Positions 17,425 through 26,526 of a stretch of DNA of 64,000 nt are shown one piece after another; within the stretch, counting starts at the first letter, position 1; each line of letters starts with the position of its first letter. The stretch lies in the NCBI GenBank assembly GCA_964623775.1, contig CAZUVH010000001.1, forward strand, positions 40,790 to 104,789. Reading direction: 5' to 3'. The translations under genes were made by a program, and so were the position numbers. The notes under the pieces were generated by a model that was given only the letters and a program-made list of their open reading frames with translations, had not been told where the DNA came from and made no database searches. The stretch comes from an uncultured Candidatus Saccharibacteria bacterium (GTDB lineage: Bacteria > Patescibacteriota > Minisyncoccia > Phycocordibacterales > UBA2100).

Positions 17425-18957
17425 ATGTTATCAACAAAAATAATCCTTCTACTTCTCGCGGCAGCGGGAGTCACTGGTATTGCGGTCGGCTATTTCGCTC
17501 GACTGATCATTTCACTCGGTAAGCGAGGCTCTATGGAGCTCGAGATTCGCAAAATGCGACTCGACGCCGAGGAAAAAGCAAAACGCATCACCGAAGAAGC
17601 AGAGGTGAAGGCAAAGGAGAAGCACGACCAGCTTACTGCTGAATTCAAGGAGCGCGAGCGCGATCACAAAGCGACAGAAGAGCGCCTCATCCGCAAGGAA
17701 GAGCTTCTCGACAAGCGCCAGACGAATCAAGATACGGAACAGGAGACCCTGACCCGCAAGAATCAGGAGGTCGCTGAAGCGAAGGAGAAGGCAGAGGCTC
17801 TCCTTCGTGCCCAGCAAGAAAAACTCGAGAAGATCGCATCGCTCTCCGTCGAGGAGGCGAAGAACGAGCTCCTCAAATCAGTCGAGCAGCAATACGAGAA
17901 AGATATCGAGAGTCGCATGCGCAAGCTTGAGATCGCGGCCGACAACAAGATCGAACAGAAGGCCAATGAGATCCTCACGACTGCCGTACATCGCCTCGGC
18001 AATTCCGTCGTCTCTGATGTCCTCGCGACGACCGTGACGATCCCCAACGACGAGATCAAGGGCAAGATCATCGGCAAGGAGGGTCGCAATATTCGGCAAT
18101 TCGAACGCTCAACCGGTGTCGACGTGATCATCGACGACACGCCGGGCACGATTACCCTCTCTTCGTACGACCCGATTCGCCGCCAGATCGCCCGTATCGC
18201 GCTCGAGAATTTGATTCTCGACGGTCGCATCCAGCCGGCAAAGATCGAAGAGTCTGTGCAAAAGGCTGAGCAGGAGATCAACAACATCATCAAGAAAAAG
18301 GGTGCTGAGGCTGCGTACAACGCCAAGGTCCCGAATCTCGATCCGAAGCTCCTCATGATCCTCGGCCGCTTGTACTTCCGCACAAGCTACGGCCAGAATG
18401 TGCTCGACCATTCCGTAGAGGTCGCCCATCTCGCCGCCATGCTCGCAGCAGAGCTCGGTGCAGATGAAGCTGTCGCCCGCGCTGGCGCGCTCTTCCACGA
18501 CATCGGCAAGGCCGTCGACCATGAGGTCCCAGGTACGCACGTAGAGATCGGCCGCCGCATCCTTCAGAAATTCGGTATTTCAGAAGCAGTGGTCAAGGCG
18601 ATGCAGGCGCACCACGAGGAATATCCGTACGAGACTCCGGAATCCATGATCGTGCAGGTAGCCGATGCGATCTCTGGCGGACGCCCAGGCGCTCGCCGCG
18701 ATAGCGTTGAGAACTACATTAAGCGCCTCGAAGAGCTCGAAGCGATCGCCAACAACCAGCCAGGCGTCGAGAAAAGCTATGCAATCGCCGCAGGCCGCGA
18801 AATCCGCGTCATTGTGAAGCCGGAAGCCCTCTCCGACCTCGAGTCCCGCAAGCTTGCGCGCGATATCGCCGACAAGATCGAGAAAGAACTCCAGTATCCG
18901 GGCGAGATTAAAGTGAGTGTAATTAGAGAGATGAGGGTCATAGAATACGCGCGATAA
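17425..18957 (+). CDS. rny: ribonuclease Y
   Basis: N-terminal TM anchor, coiled coil, KH domain (GKIIGKEGRNIRQFE) and HD domain (HSVEVAHLAAML...FHDIGK). 510 aa. Confidence 0.9.
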   Translation: MLSTKIILLLLAAAGVTGIAVGYFARLIISLGKRGSMELEIRKMRLDAEEKAKRITEEAEVKAKEKHDQLTAEFKERERDHKATEERLIRKEELLDKRQTNQDTEQETLTRKNQEVAEAKEKAEALLRAQQEKLEKIASLSVEEAKNELLKSVEQQYEKDIESRMRKLEIAADNKIEQKANEILTTAVHRLGNSVVSDVLATTVTIPNDEIKGKIIGKEGRNIRQFERSTGVDVIIDDTPGTITLSSYDPIRRQIARIALENLILDGRIQPAKIEESVQKAEQEINNIIKKKGAEAAYNAKVPNLDPKLLMILGRLYFRTSYGQNVLDHSVEVAHLAAMLAAELGADEAVARAGALFHDIGKAVDHEVPGTHVEIGRRILQKFGISEAVVKAMQAHHEEYPYETPESMIVQVADAISGGRPGARRDSVENYIKRLEELEAIANNQPGVEKSYAIAAGREIRVIVKPEALSDLESRKLARDIADKIEKELQYPGEIKVSVIREMRVIEYAR

Positions 18958-19068
18958 AAAGTCTCCGCCTGCCCCGTAGTCAGCTTTGCTGTACTAATGG
19001 GGTCATTCGCGAGATGCGCGTGATCGAATACGCTCGATAAAAACGACACGTGTCATAAGTGTAACCAA

Positions 19069-19096
19069 AAAATGGCTCTGTGGAGCCATTTTTTGC
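19069..19096 (+). terminator. intrinsic terminator aaaaaATGGCTC-tgtg-GAGCCATttttt
   Basis: Perfect stem flanked by A- and T-runs, downstream of rny. Confidence 0.6.
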
Positions 19097-19225
19097 GTTC
19101 ATGGATTTTATGCCTTAAAGCCTGTGTATATATGCACTTACTTGATTGACAGGCTGAAAATACGGCTCAAAATGGTAAAAGAGTGGTCGAGAGGAGACTT
19201 TTTAACCATTTAATCAATACACACT

Positions 19226-19501
19226 ATGGCAAATAAAATGGATTTAGTAGATCGCGTACACTCGACAATCGGCTGCACCAAGGCCGATGCTGAGCGCGCC
19301 GTGGAATCGATGATCACCATGATCACTGAGACCCTCAAGAAGGGCGAGGAGGTATCTGTCGCCGGCTTGGGCATCTTCGAGGCAAAGACGCGTGCCGGCC
19401 GCATGGGACGCAATCCCCGCACCGGTGCGACGATTCAGATTCAGTCGATGCGCGTGCCAAAATTCCGCGCTTCAAAGACCTTGAAAGACGCGATCAAATA
19501 A
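19226..19501 (+). CDS. hup: DNA-binding protein HU
   Basis: 91 aa. Conserved HU arm RNPRTGATIQIQSMRVPKFRASK. Confidence 0.9.
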   Translation: MANKMDLVDRVHSTIGCTKADAERAVESMITMITETLKKGEEVSVAGLGIFEAKTRAGRMGRNPRTGATIQIQSMRVPKFRASKTLKDAIK

Positions 19502-19522
19502 TTTCTCCCTCTGAGAAATACA

Positions 19523-19551
19523 AAAACCGCTCAGCTGAGCGGTTTTTGCTC
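19523..19551. terminator. bidirectional terminator aaaaaccgctcagctgagcggttttt
   Basis: Perfect palindrome with flanking A/T runs, between convergent hup and the TrmB paralog. Confidence 0.6.
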
Positions 19552-19552
19552 T

Positions 19553-20332
19553 TTACTCGATCGACATGCGCCAGAGAGCTTCATAGATCTTCCGGAAGGA
19601 ATCTGCGGTGGACACACTTTCCATCACGACAGCAAAGTAGTCCTGCTTGATAGAGGTGATGATGACGCGGTTTCCATAAATGCCTATATCTGTTTCAAAT
19701 GGCGAGAATTCTGGGGGTAAAAACCTGACTTTTCGGTACTGTCCGCGGACTTTTTCGCCGTACTCTCTGCCTTCCGGAGTATCAAGTATCAGTTCCCTGA
19801 AATAAAATTCGTCCGACAGTGTTTTAAAGTCAACTCGACGGTACGTTTTCTCAAATACCTCTTGTGCAAGCTCCGCACTACTCAAAAAAAGGGCCTCGCC
19901 CTTGGTGATAAACCAATCGTCATAGGCTTTGTCTGCCCCTTCCTTTCCTTCAAAAATGAGGACCCGCGGCTTATTCTTTCCCTTCACAAAGAGTGTCTCC
20001 AACTGTGGAATAGCTTCTCGGATTTCCTTCAAGCGCATTTCTGCTTCAGAAACCAAGTATTTCGGATTTTGTGCAATATAGTATGTATGTTTCCCACGCT
20101 TGAATTGAGAAACGAAACCTTTTTCGGAAAGTTGATCCAATATCAGATATGCCGTCGGCCGCTTCAGAAGCGACTTTTGTGCAACCGCCGCGACTGTCCC
20201 TTCCCCGATTTCCAGGAGAGCCAAGTAAGCACTCTGCTCTTTCGGAGTAAGGCCTAAGTGCTGCAGGGGTTCGAAAGCTACCATTCTAACAAGAATGGCC
20301 CGAGAAACAATAAATGTCAATAAAACTGACAT
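19553..20332 (-). CDS. TrmB-family transcriptional regulator (paralog 2)
   Basis: wHTH LGLTPKEQSAYLALLEIGEGTVAAVAQKSLLKRPTAYLILDQLSEKGFV plus a TrmB C-domain. The likely true start is the internal Met near 20284 (MVAFEPLQHLGL). Confidence 0.75.
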   Translation of the reverse strand: MSVLLTFIVSRAILVRMVAFEPLQHLGLTPKEQSAYLALLEIGEGTVAAVAQKSLLKRPTAYLILDQLSEKGFVSQFKRGKHTYYIAQNPKYLVSEAEMRLKEIREAIPQLETLFVKGKNKPRVLIFEGKEGADKAYDDWFITKGEALFLSSAELAQEVFEKTYRRVDFKTLSDEFYFRELILDTPEGREYGEKVRGQYRKVRFLPPEFSPFETDIGIYGNRVIITSIKQDYFAVVMESVSTADSFRKIYEALWRMSIE

Positions 20333-20333
20333 T
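20313..20333. promoter_or_regulatory. palindrome AATGTCA-ATAAAAC-TGACATT (candidate TrmB operator)
   Basis: Perfect 7-bp arms. Same ATGTnn-AT-rich-nnACAT architecture as the 20-mer at 43119/43745. An extra half-site, ttattgacat, lies near 20388. Confidence 0.4.
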
Positions 20334-20428
20334 ATATGTCCAGGTATTGGCTAAAGTTCATTGAAATTTGCTCCAAAATTACCTAAATTTATTGACATAT
20401 ATGCACTTCAGGGGTAAAATATTCACGG

Positions 20429-20866
20429 TTGAACAACGGAGCACCGCACATGTCAGCATCATTAAGGGTCCTTACCGTCGGCATGACTATCTTTTCGATT
20501 ATCATTGCCCTACTTCTCTTGGACGTCATCTTCGGCCAGGCGAACAGGGAGGACGTTGGGCGCTGTCGGGCGGAAAGTCTTGTACTCACTGAAACTGCCA
20601 CTCGAGCTGGAATCTCGCGAATCGTTGATCGCGCAAAGGTCTCCTGTCCGCAACTCGCCCTCCGGATGGAAGACAGCATCATCTGGATCGAGGACAAAAA
20701 ATTTTGTTCTGATCCCAACAGCAAATTTTGTCGCGATCGGATTCTTGCAGATCTCAGCAATACGCGCATCGGAGACGTTTTCAAGTGCACTCAGGTGATC
20801 TACACAGACTACTCTCGATACCTAAAAGTGTTCTGGATTGAGAACTGTGCCCGAAAAACCGACTAA
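20429..20866 (+). CDS. hypothetical membrane-anchored Cys-rich protein
   Basis: TTGACA-N17-TAAAAT promoter upstream. TM anchor MTIFSIIIALLLLDVIF. Six Cys in the C-domain. Terminator ccggcg-N12-cgccgg + T-run at ~20872-20910. Confidence 0.4.
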   Translation: MNNGAPHMSASLRVLTVGMTIFSIIIALLLLDVIFGQANREDVGRCRAESLVLTETATRAGISRIVDRAKVSCPQLALRMEDSIIWIEDKKFCSDPNSKFCRDRILADLSNTRIGDVFKCTQVIYTDYSRYLKVFWIENCARKTD

Positions 20867-20941
20867 TCACTGCACCGGCGCCTCAATTGAGACGCCGGAC
20901 TTTTTTGTATTACGGCAACCATCGTGTAAAGTGACACTAAA

Positions 20942-21012
20942 GCGGGATTAGTTTAATGGCAAAATAGCGGTTTTCCAAACCGCGGTCGGGGGTCCGATTC
21001 CCCCATCCCGCA
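20942..21012 (+). tRNA. tRNA-Gly (anticodon UCC), T-loop atypical (TCCGATT)
   Basis: Hand-folded cloverleaf: acceptor GCGGGAT/ATCCCGC, D-stem GTTT/AAAT, anticodon stem GCGGT/ACCGC with loop TTTCCAA, T-stem GGGGG/CCCCC. Position 55 reads C instead of the usual U. Confidence 0.55.
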
Positions 21013-21041
21013 CAAATTCCAAAAATGTATAATGACCGCAC

Positions 21042-22220
21042 ATGAGGTTCCTTGGCGTGTATTTTTTTACTTTTTTGACGCTGCTTGTGGCGGGAGGAAT
21101 TTTGTACCTCAGTGCGGGCGCGCGCACAGATTTTCGAAGAGAGATTGAACGCCCCTCGGGGCAGATCTCTACGAGCTCCGTGCCGGGCATTGCATCATCG
21201 ACACCTCTGCGGGCCGCATCGACTACCGCGACTTCCACGATAAAAAAGGTAGCGACTGCACCCAAAAAACCAAGCGTTGAGGCCCCGGAAACGGCGGAAG
21301 AAGCTTCCCTTCCCCCTGCCGATCCCAACATGGCGACCCGCATAAATGATCCCTATCCATTTCCACCCCTCCCCGCCGAAACAATCAACGAAAAGGCCCG
21401 CGAGGCGCTTGTAAATATCTTTTGTGTGCCAAGTGGCGGTAGTATGAGGCCCACCTCCGGGAGCGGAATAATCATCGACCCTCGCGGCGTGATCCTGACC
21501 AACGCCCACGTGGCCCAGTACGTCCTCCTCTCTCAGAGCCAAAATATCGATCTCTCCTGCACCATTCGTTCAGGCTCGCCCGCTGCTCCAAAGTGGCGTG
21601 CTGAAGTGATGTATCTTCCACCAGTCTGGGTACAAGAGCACGTACAAGAGATAAAGTCGCAGCGAGCGTATGGGACGGGCGAGCACGATTACGCTCTCCT
21701 CCTTATCACTCAACCACTAGAAGGTCTGCCGCCTGCAGCCTATCCGTACCTCCCTATCGATACGAGACATGCGATCGGCTTCGAGGGTGATCCTGTCCTC
21801 GTCGCAAGCTATCCTGCCGAGCTTATTGGCGGATTTGCAGCCCAAAATAGCCTCTATGCGATCTCCTCTCATACAACAATCCAGAAACTCCTCACATTTG
21901 TCGCTCAGACGATTGACCTGATCTCCCTCGGTGGCGTCATTGGGGCCCAAAGCGGGTCTTCCGGCGGGGCCGCCGTCAATGCATGGGGGCGCCTCGTTGG
22001 GCTCGTGGTCACGACCAGCGCCGGCGACACCACTGGCGAACGCGACCTCCGTGCCCTTACCTTGAGCTATATAGACCGTGATTTGGCGGTACAGACGGGT
22101 CACAATCTGACGGAGATACTCAGCGCCGATGTAAACATCCTGACATCTGATTTCAGGCAAAAAACCGTCCCTACCCTCATAAAAAAATATATCGATACCC
22201 TCACTGGCTCGAGTCAGTAA
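21042..22220 (+). CDS. membrane-anchored trypsin-like (S1 family) serine peptidase
   Basis: N-terminal TM. His motif ILTNAHV and Ser motif GSSGGA (GDSGG-like) at the expected spacing. No PDZ domain recognised. Confidence 0.6.
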   Translation: MRFLGVYFFTFLTLLVAGGILYLSAGARTDFRREIERPSGQISTSSVPGIASSTPLRAASTTATSTIKKVATAPKKPSVEAPETAEEASLPPADPNMATRINDPYPFPPLPAETINEKAREALVNIFCVPSGGSMRPTSGSGIIIDPRGVILTNAHVAQYVLLSQSQNIDLSCTIRSGSPAAPKWRAEVMYLPPVWVQEHVQEIKSQRAYGTGEHDYALLLITQPLEGLPPAAYPYLPIDTRHAIGFEGDPVLVASYPAELIGGFAAQNSLYAISSHTTIQKLLTFVAQTIDLISLGGVIGAQSGSSGGAAVNAWGRLVGLVVTTSAGDTTGERDLRALTLSYIDRDLAVQTGHNLTEILSADVNILTSDFRQKTVPTLIKKYIDTLTGSSQ

Positions 22221-22270
22221 TCCCTGCGAGTGTGAAATGTGTGATAATATGCCCAAGTTCACATAACTTT

Positions 22271-22344
22271 TCGGGGCGTAGTATACCGGTAGTACGCTTG
22301 CTTTGGGAGCAAGTAGACCGAGTTCGATTCTCGGCGCCCCGACC
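22271..22344 (+). tRNA. tRNA-Pro (anticodon UGG), CCA encoded
   Basis: Cloverleaf with C1-G72 acceptor pair CGGGGCG/CGCCCCG, anticodon stem CTTGC/GCAAG with loop TTTGGGA, T-arm CCGAG-TTCGATT-CTCGG, and 3' ACCA. Confidence 0.85.
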
Positions 22345-22404
22345 AAAAGGTAGTATCTATAAAGGACATGCTGTAGGACACCGTGTCCTATAATGGCTCT
22401 GGGC

Positions 22405-22791
22405 CTACATTACCTGCTCATATAGCCTGCAGGACGCCCGCCGCGTCGAGGTGTTTAAGTATACCGTCACGACATCGATCTGAAAGTCCCTATCGTCCCG
22501 CTTGGTTTCCATATAGAGCTGGGCAGTCCTGGCGACTTTGCCAAGCTTAGACTCGTTGGCGAGCTCCTCGGCTGAGTTATACATTCTTTCACGTGTAACG
22601 TCTGGCGACGTGTCACGTGAAACTGTCTTGACCTCTACAAAGCGGACTTCCCCGCCCTTTTCCGCAATTATATCGATCTCTCCCCAGGGTTTCCTGAAGT
22701 TGCGCTCGATAATCTTGAACCCCTTGCGCTCGAGAAATTGGGCGGCAATTCCCTCTCCAATGTCCCCTGTTTTTCTCTTTTCGGTAACCAC
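22405..22791 (-). CDS. YraN-family (UPF0102) endonuclease-like protein
   Basis: 128 aa. Conserved GE.IA..FL...G..I...N.....GEIDIIA and E.K block layout of UPF0102. Confidence 0.75.
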   Translation of the reverse strand: MVTEKRKTGDIGEGIAAQFLERKGFKIIERNFRKPWGEIDIIAEKGGEVRFVEVKTVSRDTSPDVTRERMYNSAEELANESKLGKVARTAQLYMETKRDDRDFQIDVVTVYLNTSTRRASCRLYEQVM

Positions 22792-23268
22792 AGTCGGGAT
22801 TATATGCCAGATGCGCCATTAGCTATAATTTGGATGCTTTCACGTGAAAACATGCCTAAAACGTTACGTAGTAACATATTTCGTCCTTTATTTGGTCTGG
22901 AATTGGTATTAAATGGCTTAAAATAAGACTATTACAGACAAAAGGACGTTTTGGTAAGAAACATGTATCGAACGTCCTTTATCCCCATATCCCCAGAGTT
23001 TTCCCCAGTTATGCACATCCTGTACTTTTGCGTGCTTCTGGAAGTCCGATCAGGGGAGTCGGTGCATGTCTGCGTCTTTTACGTGTAACAGACAATTTCA
23101 CGCGCTCTTCATCCGGCTTGAGTTTAATACTGCCTGGCTTACTGCTGTGCGCTCTTTTCTTGTGATGCATGTGCTCCTTTTGATCTTTCGAATTCACACA
23201 AGCCCTGTCGGTCGATCTGGGTGAAAATTTTCACGACTGCGATCATGAAAAATTTATGAAATATCTTT

Positions 23269-24363
23269 TTGCTTGACGCAAGTCGTGGCCGTGTAATACG
23301 TTTTCCAGCATCTATGAATACCTCAAAAATCGGGTTGCAAAAACTCCTCATAACAACTGGAGTTGTTTTTGTCGTTCTTTTTTCGTGGATAATGCCGGTC
23401 GTCGCGAGCGCTGCAGAAATGTCAGCAAATGCATCCGCTCAAACGGTCCAGCTGCTTCCTCCGAATGTCGGCAATACGTGTCCACAGCTTCAGACGCCGA
23501 TTTTCAAGGCGTACGTATATGACAACGCGGTCAATTCATTCGATGTAACGATTGCAGATCCATCGTACGTCGCGATCGCAGGCACGATAGGGGAGACACA
23601 GATCCCATTCAACCTCATGACGAGATTCGTCGATGCGTCCGGCATACTCCACATGCATGTGGATACCGAGGCCGTATCAGTGCGTGGCACACTGCCAGTT
23701 ACGCTCACACTCCTTTCCGTTCGTCCCGACAAAACTGTCTGCGCCGCCACTATCTCGGCGACGCTCGTCGGTAGTTCCTCTGGATCGAGCGTTTCTTCTC
23801 CTACAGGGAGCGGCTCTGGTCAGAGCACCTACACGCCGCCGGCGAAAGGTCAGAAGCCTGTCATGGGCAAGCCTGACGTCGTGGGTGGCATCATTGATAC
23901 CAAGTCTCCAGACGGGGAAGTTGTAAAAAGCGTCGGCATACAAAATGCACTTGCTATGGTGTGCGCGACCGCAAGCGGTGCCACGCGCCTCTGGACCGTC
24001 CTTTTGGCCGTGTACCTGCTCATTGTCGCAGCGACAATCCTTGCACAGCCGAGCAACAAGCCTTCGGATCAATCATCTGTGCTCCTTGGCGCAGCGATTG
24101 TGATCCCGCTCATCGTTCTTTTAGGAGTATGGGGATCTGCTGCTTCGTGCAGGGTAGGGATGTGGGCACCAATCGCCGCCCTCGCAATAGCGGCCGTCGG
24201 GTTCGCACTCGGATTCCGCAACCACAATCAATTTTCAAAGACATTCACACCTGTGCAGGCTCCCAAATCTCCACCAATGCCGTCGACAAAGCCACTGATC
24301 ACTCCTCCACCCAAGTCTCCACCTCCTCCGCCTCCCACACCAAAGAGCGACAAAGACAAGTAA
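23269..24363 (+). CDS. hypothetical surface/membrane protein with Pro-rich C-terminus
   Basis: Probable start at the internal Met (MNTSKIGLQKLLITTGVVFVVLFSWIMPVVASAAE) acting as signal peptide. Two C-terminal TM helices. Tail PPPKSPPPPPPTPK. Terminator agactcccc-TA-ggggagtct at 24371-24390. Confidence 0.45.
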   Translation: MLDASRGRVIRFPASMNTSKIGLQKLLITTGVVFVVLFSWIMPVVASAAEMSANASAQTVQLLPPNVGNTCPQLQTPIFKAYVYDNAVNSFDVTIADPSYVAIAGTIGETQIPFNLMTRFVDASGILHMHVDTEAVSVRGTLPVTLTLLSVRPDKTVCAATISATLVGSSSGSSVSSPTGSGSGQSTYTPPAKGQKPVMGKPDVVGGIIDTKSPDGEVVKSVGIQNALAMVCATASGATRLWTVLLAVYLLIVAATILAQPSNKPSDQSSVLLGAAIVIPLIVLLGVWGSAASCRVGMWAPIAALAIAAVGFALGFRNHNQFSKTFTPVQAPKSPPMPSTKPLITPPPKSPPPPPPTPKSDKDK

Positions 24364-24397
24364 TCGATAAAGACTCCCCTAGGGGAGTCTTTATCTT

Positions 24398-24471
24398 TGG
24401 TGCGGATACGGGGAATCGAACCCCGATCTCCACCTTGGCAAGGTGGCGTTCTACCACTAAACCATATCCGC
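24398..24471 (-). tRNA. tRNA-Gly (anticodon GCC), CCA encoded
   Basis: Reverse complement GCGGATATGGTTTAGTGGTAGAACGCCACCTTGCCAAGGTGGAGATCGGGGTTCGATTCCCCGTATCCGCACCA folds into a canonical cloverleaf. Confidence 0.85.
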
Positions 24472-24639
24472 TAATTTCGAACGCTTAGTAAACCACTAAA
24501 ACTAACTACTATCGGGTACGCTTGGCGACAGTATCATCCACCGAAGCCATATCCGCGATTGCGCTTGATTATACAGAAGAAGTGACGGTCGGCAATTTTT
24601 TGTTGTATCTGAGCGGCCTCAGGGTATGATAGGAGCCAC

Positions 24640-24711
24640 GCTCCGATGGTGAAACGGATATCACGGCAGTCTTCGGAACTGCTATTCCAGGTTCGAATCC
24701 TGGTCGGAGCA
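24640..24711 (+). tRNA. tRNA-Arg (anticodon UCG), no encoded CCA
   Basis: GCTCCGA acceptor, D-arm GTGA-AACGGATA-TCAC, anticodon stem GCAGT/ACTGC with loop CTTCGGA, T-arm CCAGG-TTCGAATC-CTGG, then TCGGAGC-A. Ends 8 nt before the cca start codon. Confidence 0.8.
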
Positions 24712-24718
24712 CAACGCA

Positions 24719-26209
24719 ATGAGCTACAATACGTCGATGCAGACACACGATCTACGAGTCCCCGATACGGTCAAGAAGCTCGCTGAGACTCTAAAAACGG
24801 CCGGGTATGAGGCATATCTGGTAGGAGGGTGTGTGAGAGACCTCGTGCTCGAACGTACGCCAAAAGATTGGGATATCACGACCAACGCCACACCCGAAGA
24901 CATCCAGAAACTCTTCGCGGAGACGTTCTATGAGAACGATTACGGCACAGTCGGCGTGGTGACAGATTCGGAAGATCCACGGCTCAAGGTGGTGGAAATC
25001 ACTCCCTATCGTATCGAAGGGAAGTACTCCAACGCGAGACATCCCGACGAGGTGAAATTCAGCGACACGCTTTCCGACGATCTCAAACGACGCGATTTCA
25101 CGATCAATGCGATCGCATACGACCCGCTTTCGCACGGATTGATTGATGAGCACGGAGGCCAAGAAGATCTCAAACGTCGCGTCATCAAGACAGTGGGGAA
25201 TCCAGAGGAGCGTTTCGCCGAAGACGCGCTCCGCATGCTTCGAGCGGTGCGCATTTCTGCCGAACTCGACTTCGTGATTGAGGCGCAGACGGCTACCGGC
25301 ATCCTTGCATCAGCGGCACAATTGCAAAAAATTTCACGCGAGCGCGTGCGCGACGAACTCATCAGAATCCTCATGAGTCCGCGCCCCATGCAAGCGCTCT
25401 ATGTAGCCCAAAAGCTTGGCATATTAGGTGCCATTATCCCTGAGCTCGAGCAGTCGATCGGTGTCGACCAGAATCAGGCACACTCGTACGACGTATTCGA
25501 GCACTTGCTTCGATCGATGCAGCACGCAGCTGACAAAGAGTGGCCACTTGAAGTACGCCTCGCTGCGCTTTTGCATGACATCGGCAAACCAGCATCAAGG
25601 CGATGGTCTGACGAGAAAAAAGATTGGACCTTCCACGGGCACGAAGTGATCGGTGCAAAAATGGCGAAAAAAATCATGAGCGATTTGCGCCTCCCGAATG
25701 AAACGGTGGAAATGGTGACGAGACTTATTCGCTGGCATATGTTTTTCTCCGATCCCGAAAAAGTCACGCTCTCGGCCGTGCGTCGCATCATTGCAAATGT
25801 CGGTCAAGAACACATTAAAGACCTCCTCAATCTACGTATTTGTGACCGTATTGGTACAGGACGTCCTAAGGAACAGCCGTTTCGCCTGCGTAAATACATG
25901 TCGATGGTGGATGAGGCTCTCCGTGACCCGATTTCCGTAGCAATGCTCGCGATAGACGGGACAAAGATCATTGATATGGGTATTGCAAAGCCGGGACCGC
26001 GCATCGGATGGATCTTGCACGCACTTCTCGAAGAAGTACTTGACGATCCGAAGAAAAATACGCCCGACTATCTTTCAGAACAAGCGACAAATCTCGCAAA
26101 ATTACCCGACGAAGAGTTGAAAAAAATAGGGGAGAAGGGCAAGAGCCGGCGCGAGGAAGAGGATGAGGCGGTAATACGCGGCCTCCGGGAAAAGCATCAC
26201 GTGGATTAA
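24719..26209 (+). CDS. cca: CCA-adding tRNA nucleotidyltransferase with HD domain
   Basis: Pol-beta-type head with GGCVRD, PolyA-pol body, and a C-terminal HD phosphohydrolase domain (HD.GK). 496 aa. Confidence 0.9.
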   Translation: MSYNTSMQTHDLRVPDTVKKLAETLKTAGYEAYLVGGCVRDLVLERTPKDWDITTNATPEDIQKLFAETFYENDYGTVGVVTDSEDPRLKVVEITPYRIEGKYSNARHPDEVKFSDTLSDDLKRRDFTINAIAYDPLSHGLIDEHGGQEDLKRRVIKTVGNPEERFAEDALRMLRAVRISAELDFVIEAQTATGILASAAQLQKISRERVRDELIRILMSPRPMQALYVAQKLGILGAIIPELEQSIGVDQNQAHSYDVFEHLLRSMQHAADKEWPLEVRLAALLHDIGKPASRRWSDEKKDWTFHGHEVIGAKMAKKIMSDLRLPNETVEMVTRLIRWHMFFSDPEKVTLSAVRRIIANVGQEHIKDLLNLRICDRIGTGRPKEQPFRLRKYMSMVDEALRDPISVAMLAIDGTKIIDMGIAKPGPRIGWILHALLEEVLDDPKKNTPDYLSEQATNLAKLPDEELKKIGEKGKSRREEEDEAVIRGLREKHHVD

Positions 26210-26526
26210 GGCCGCACATAAGAAAAACCGCCTCGCGGGATAATTCGTTCGTTTTTTCTTTTTTGAACAAATCATCGCCGCGAGGCGGCTTTGTGTGGTT
26301 TGTCTTTTCCTTTAAAGATCTCGGTTAATGATGTACCTTAGCATCCAATACGGAACAGAGGTTCCGTTATAATTTTTTTTGCTGTGGTACTTATATACCG
26401 TTTAATTCCTTGATGGAATTAAGGACGACAAAACCTGAAAGAGCGACTGAGATTGATTCTAATATGTCCGATACAAGTGTAAAGGACATGCGTGTGGATA
26501 ACTTGTCCTTTATAAAGGACGCGGCT

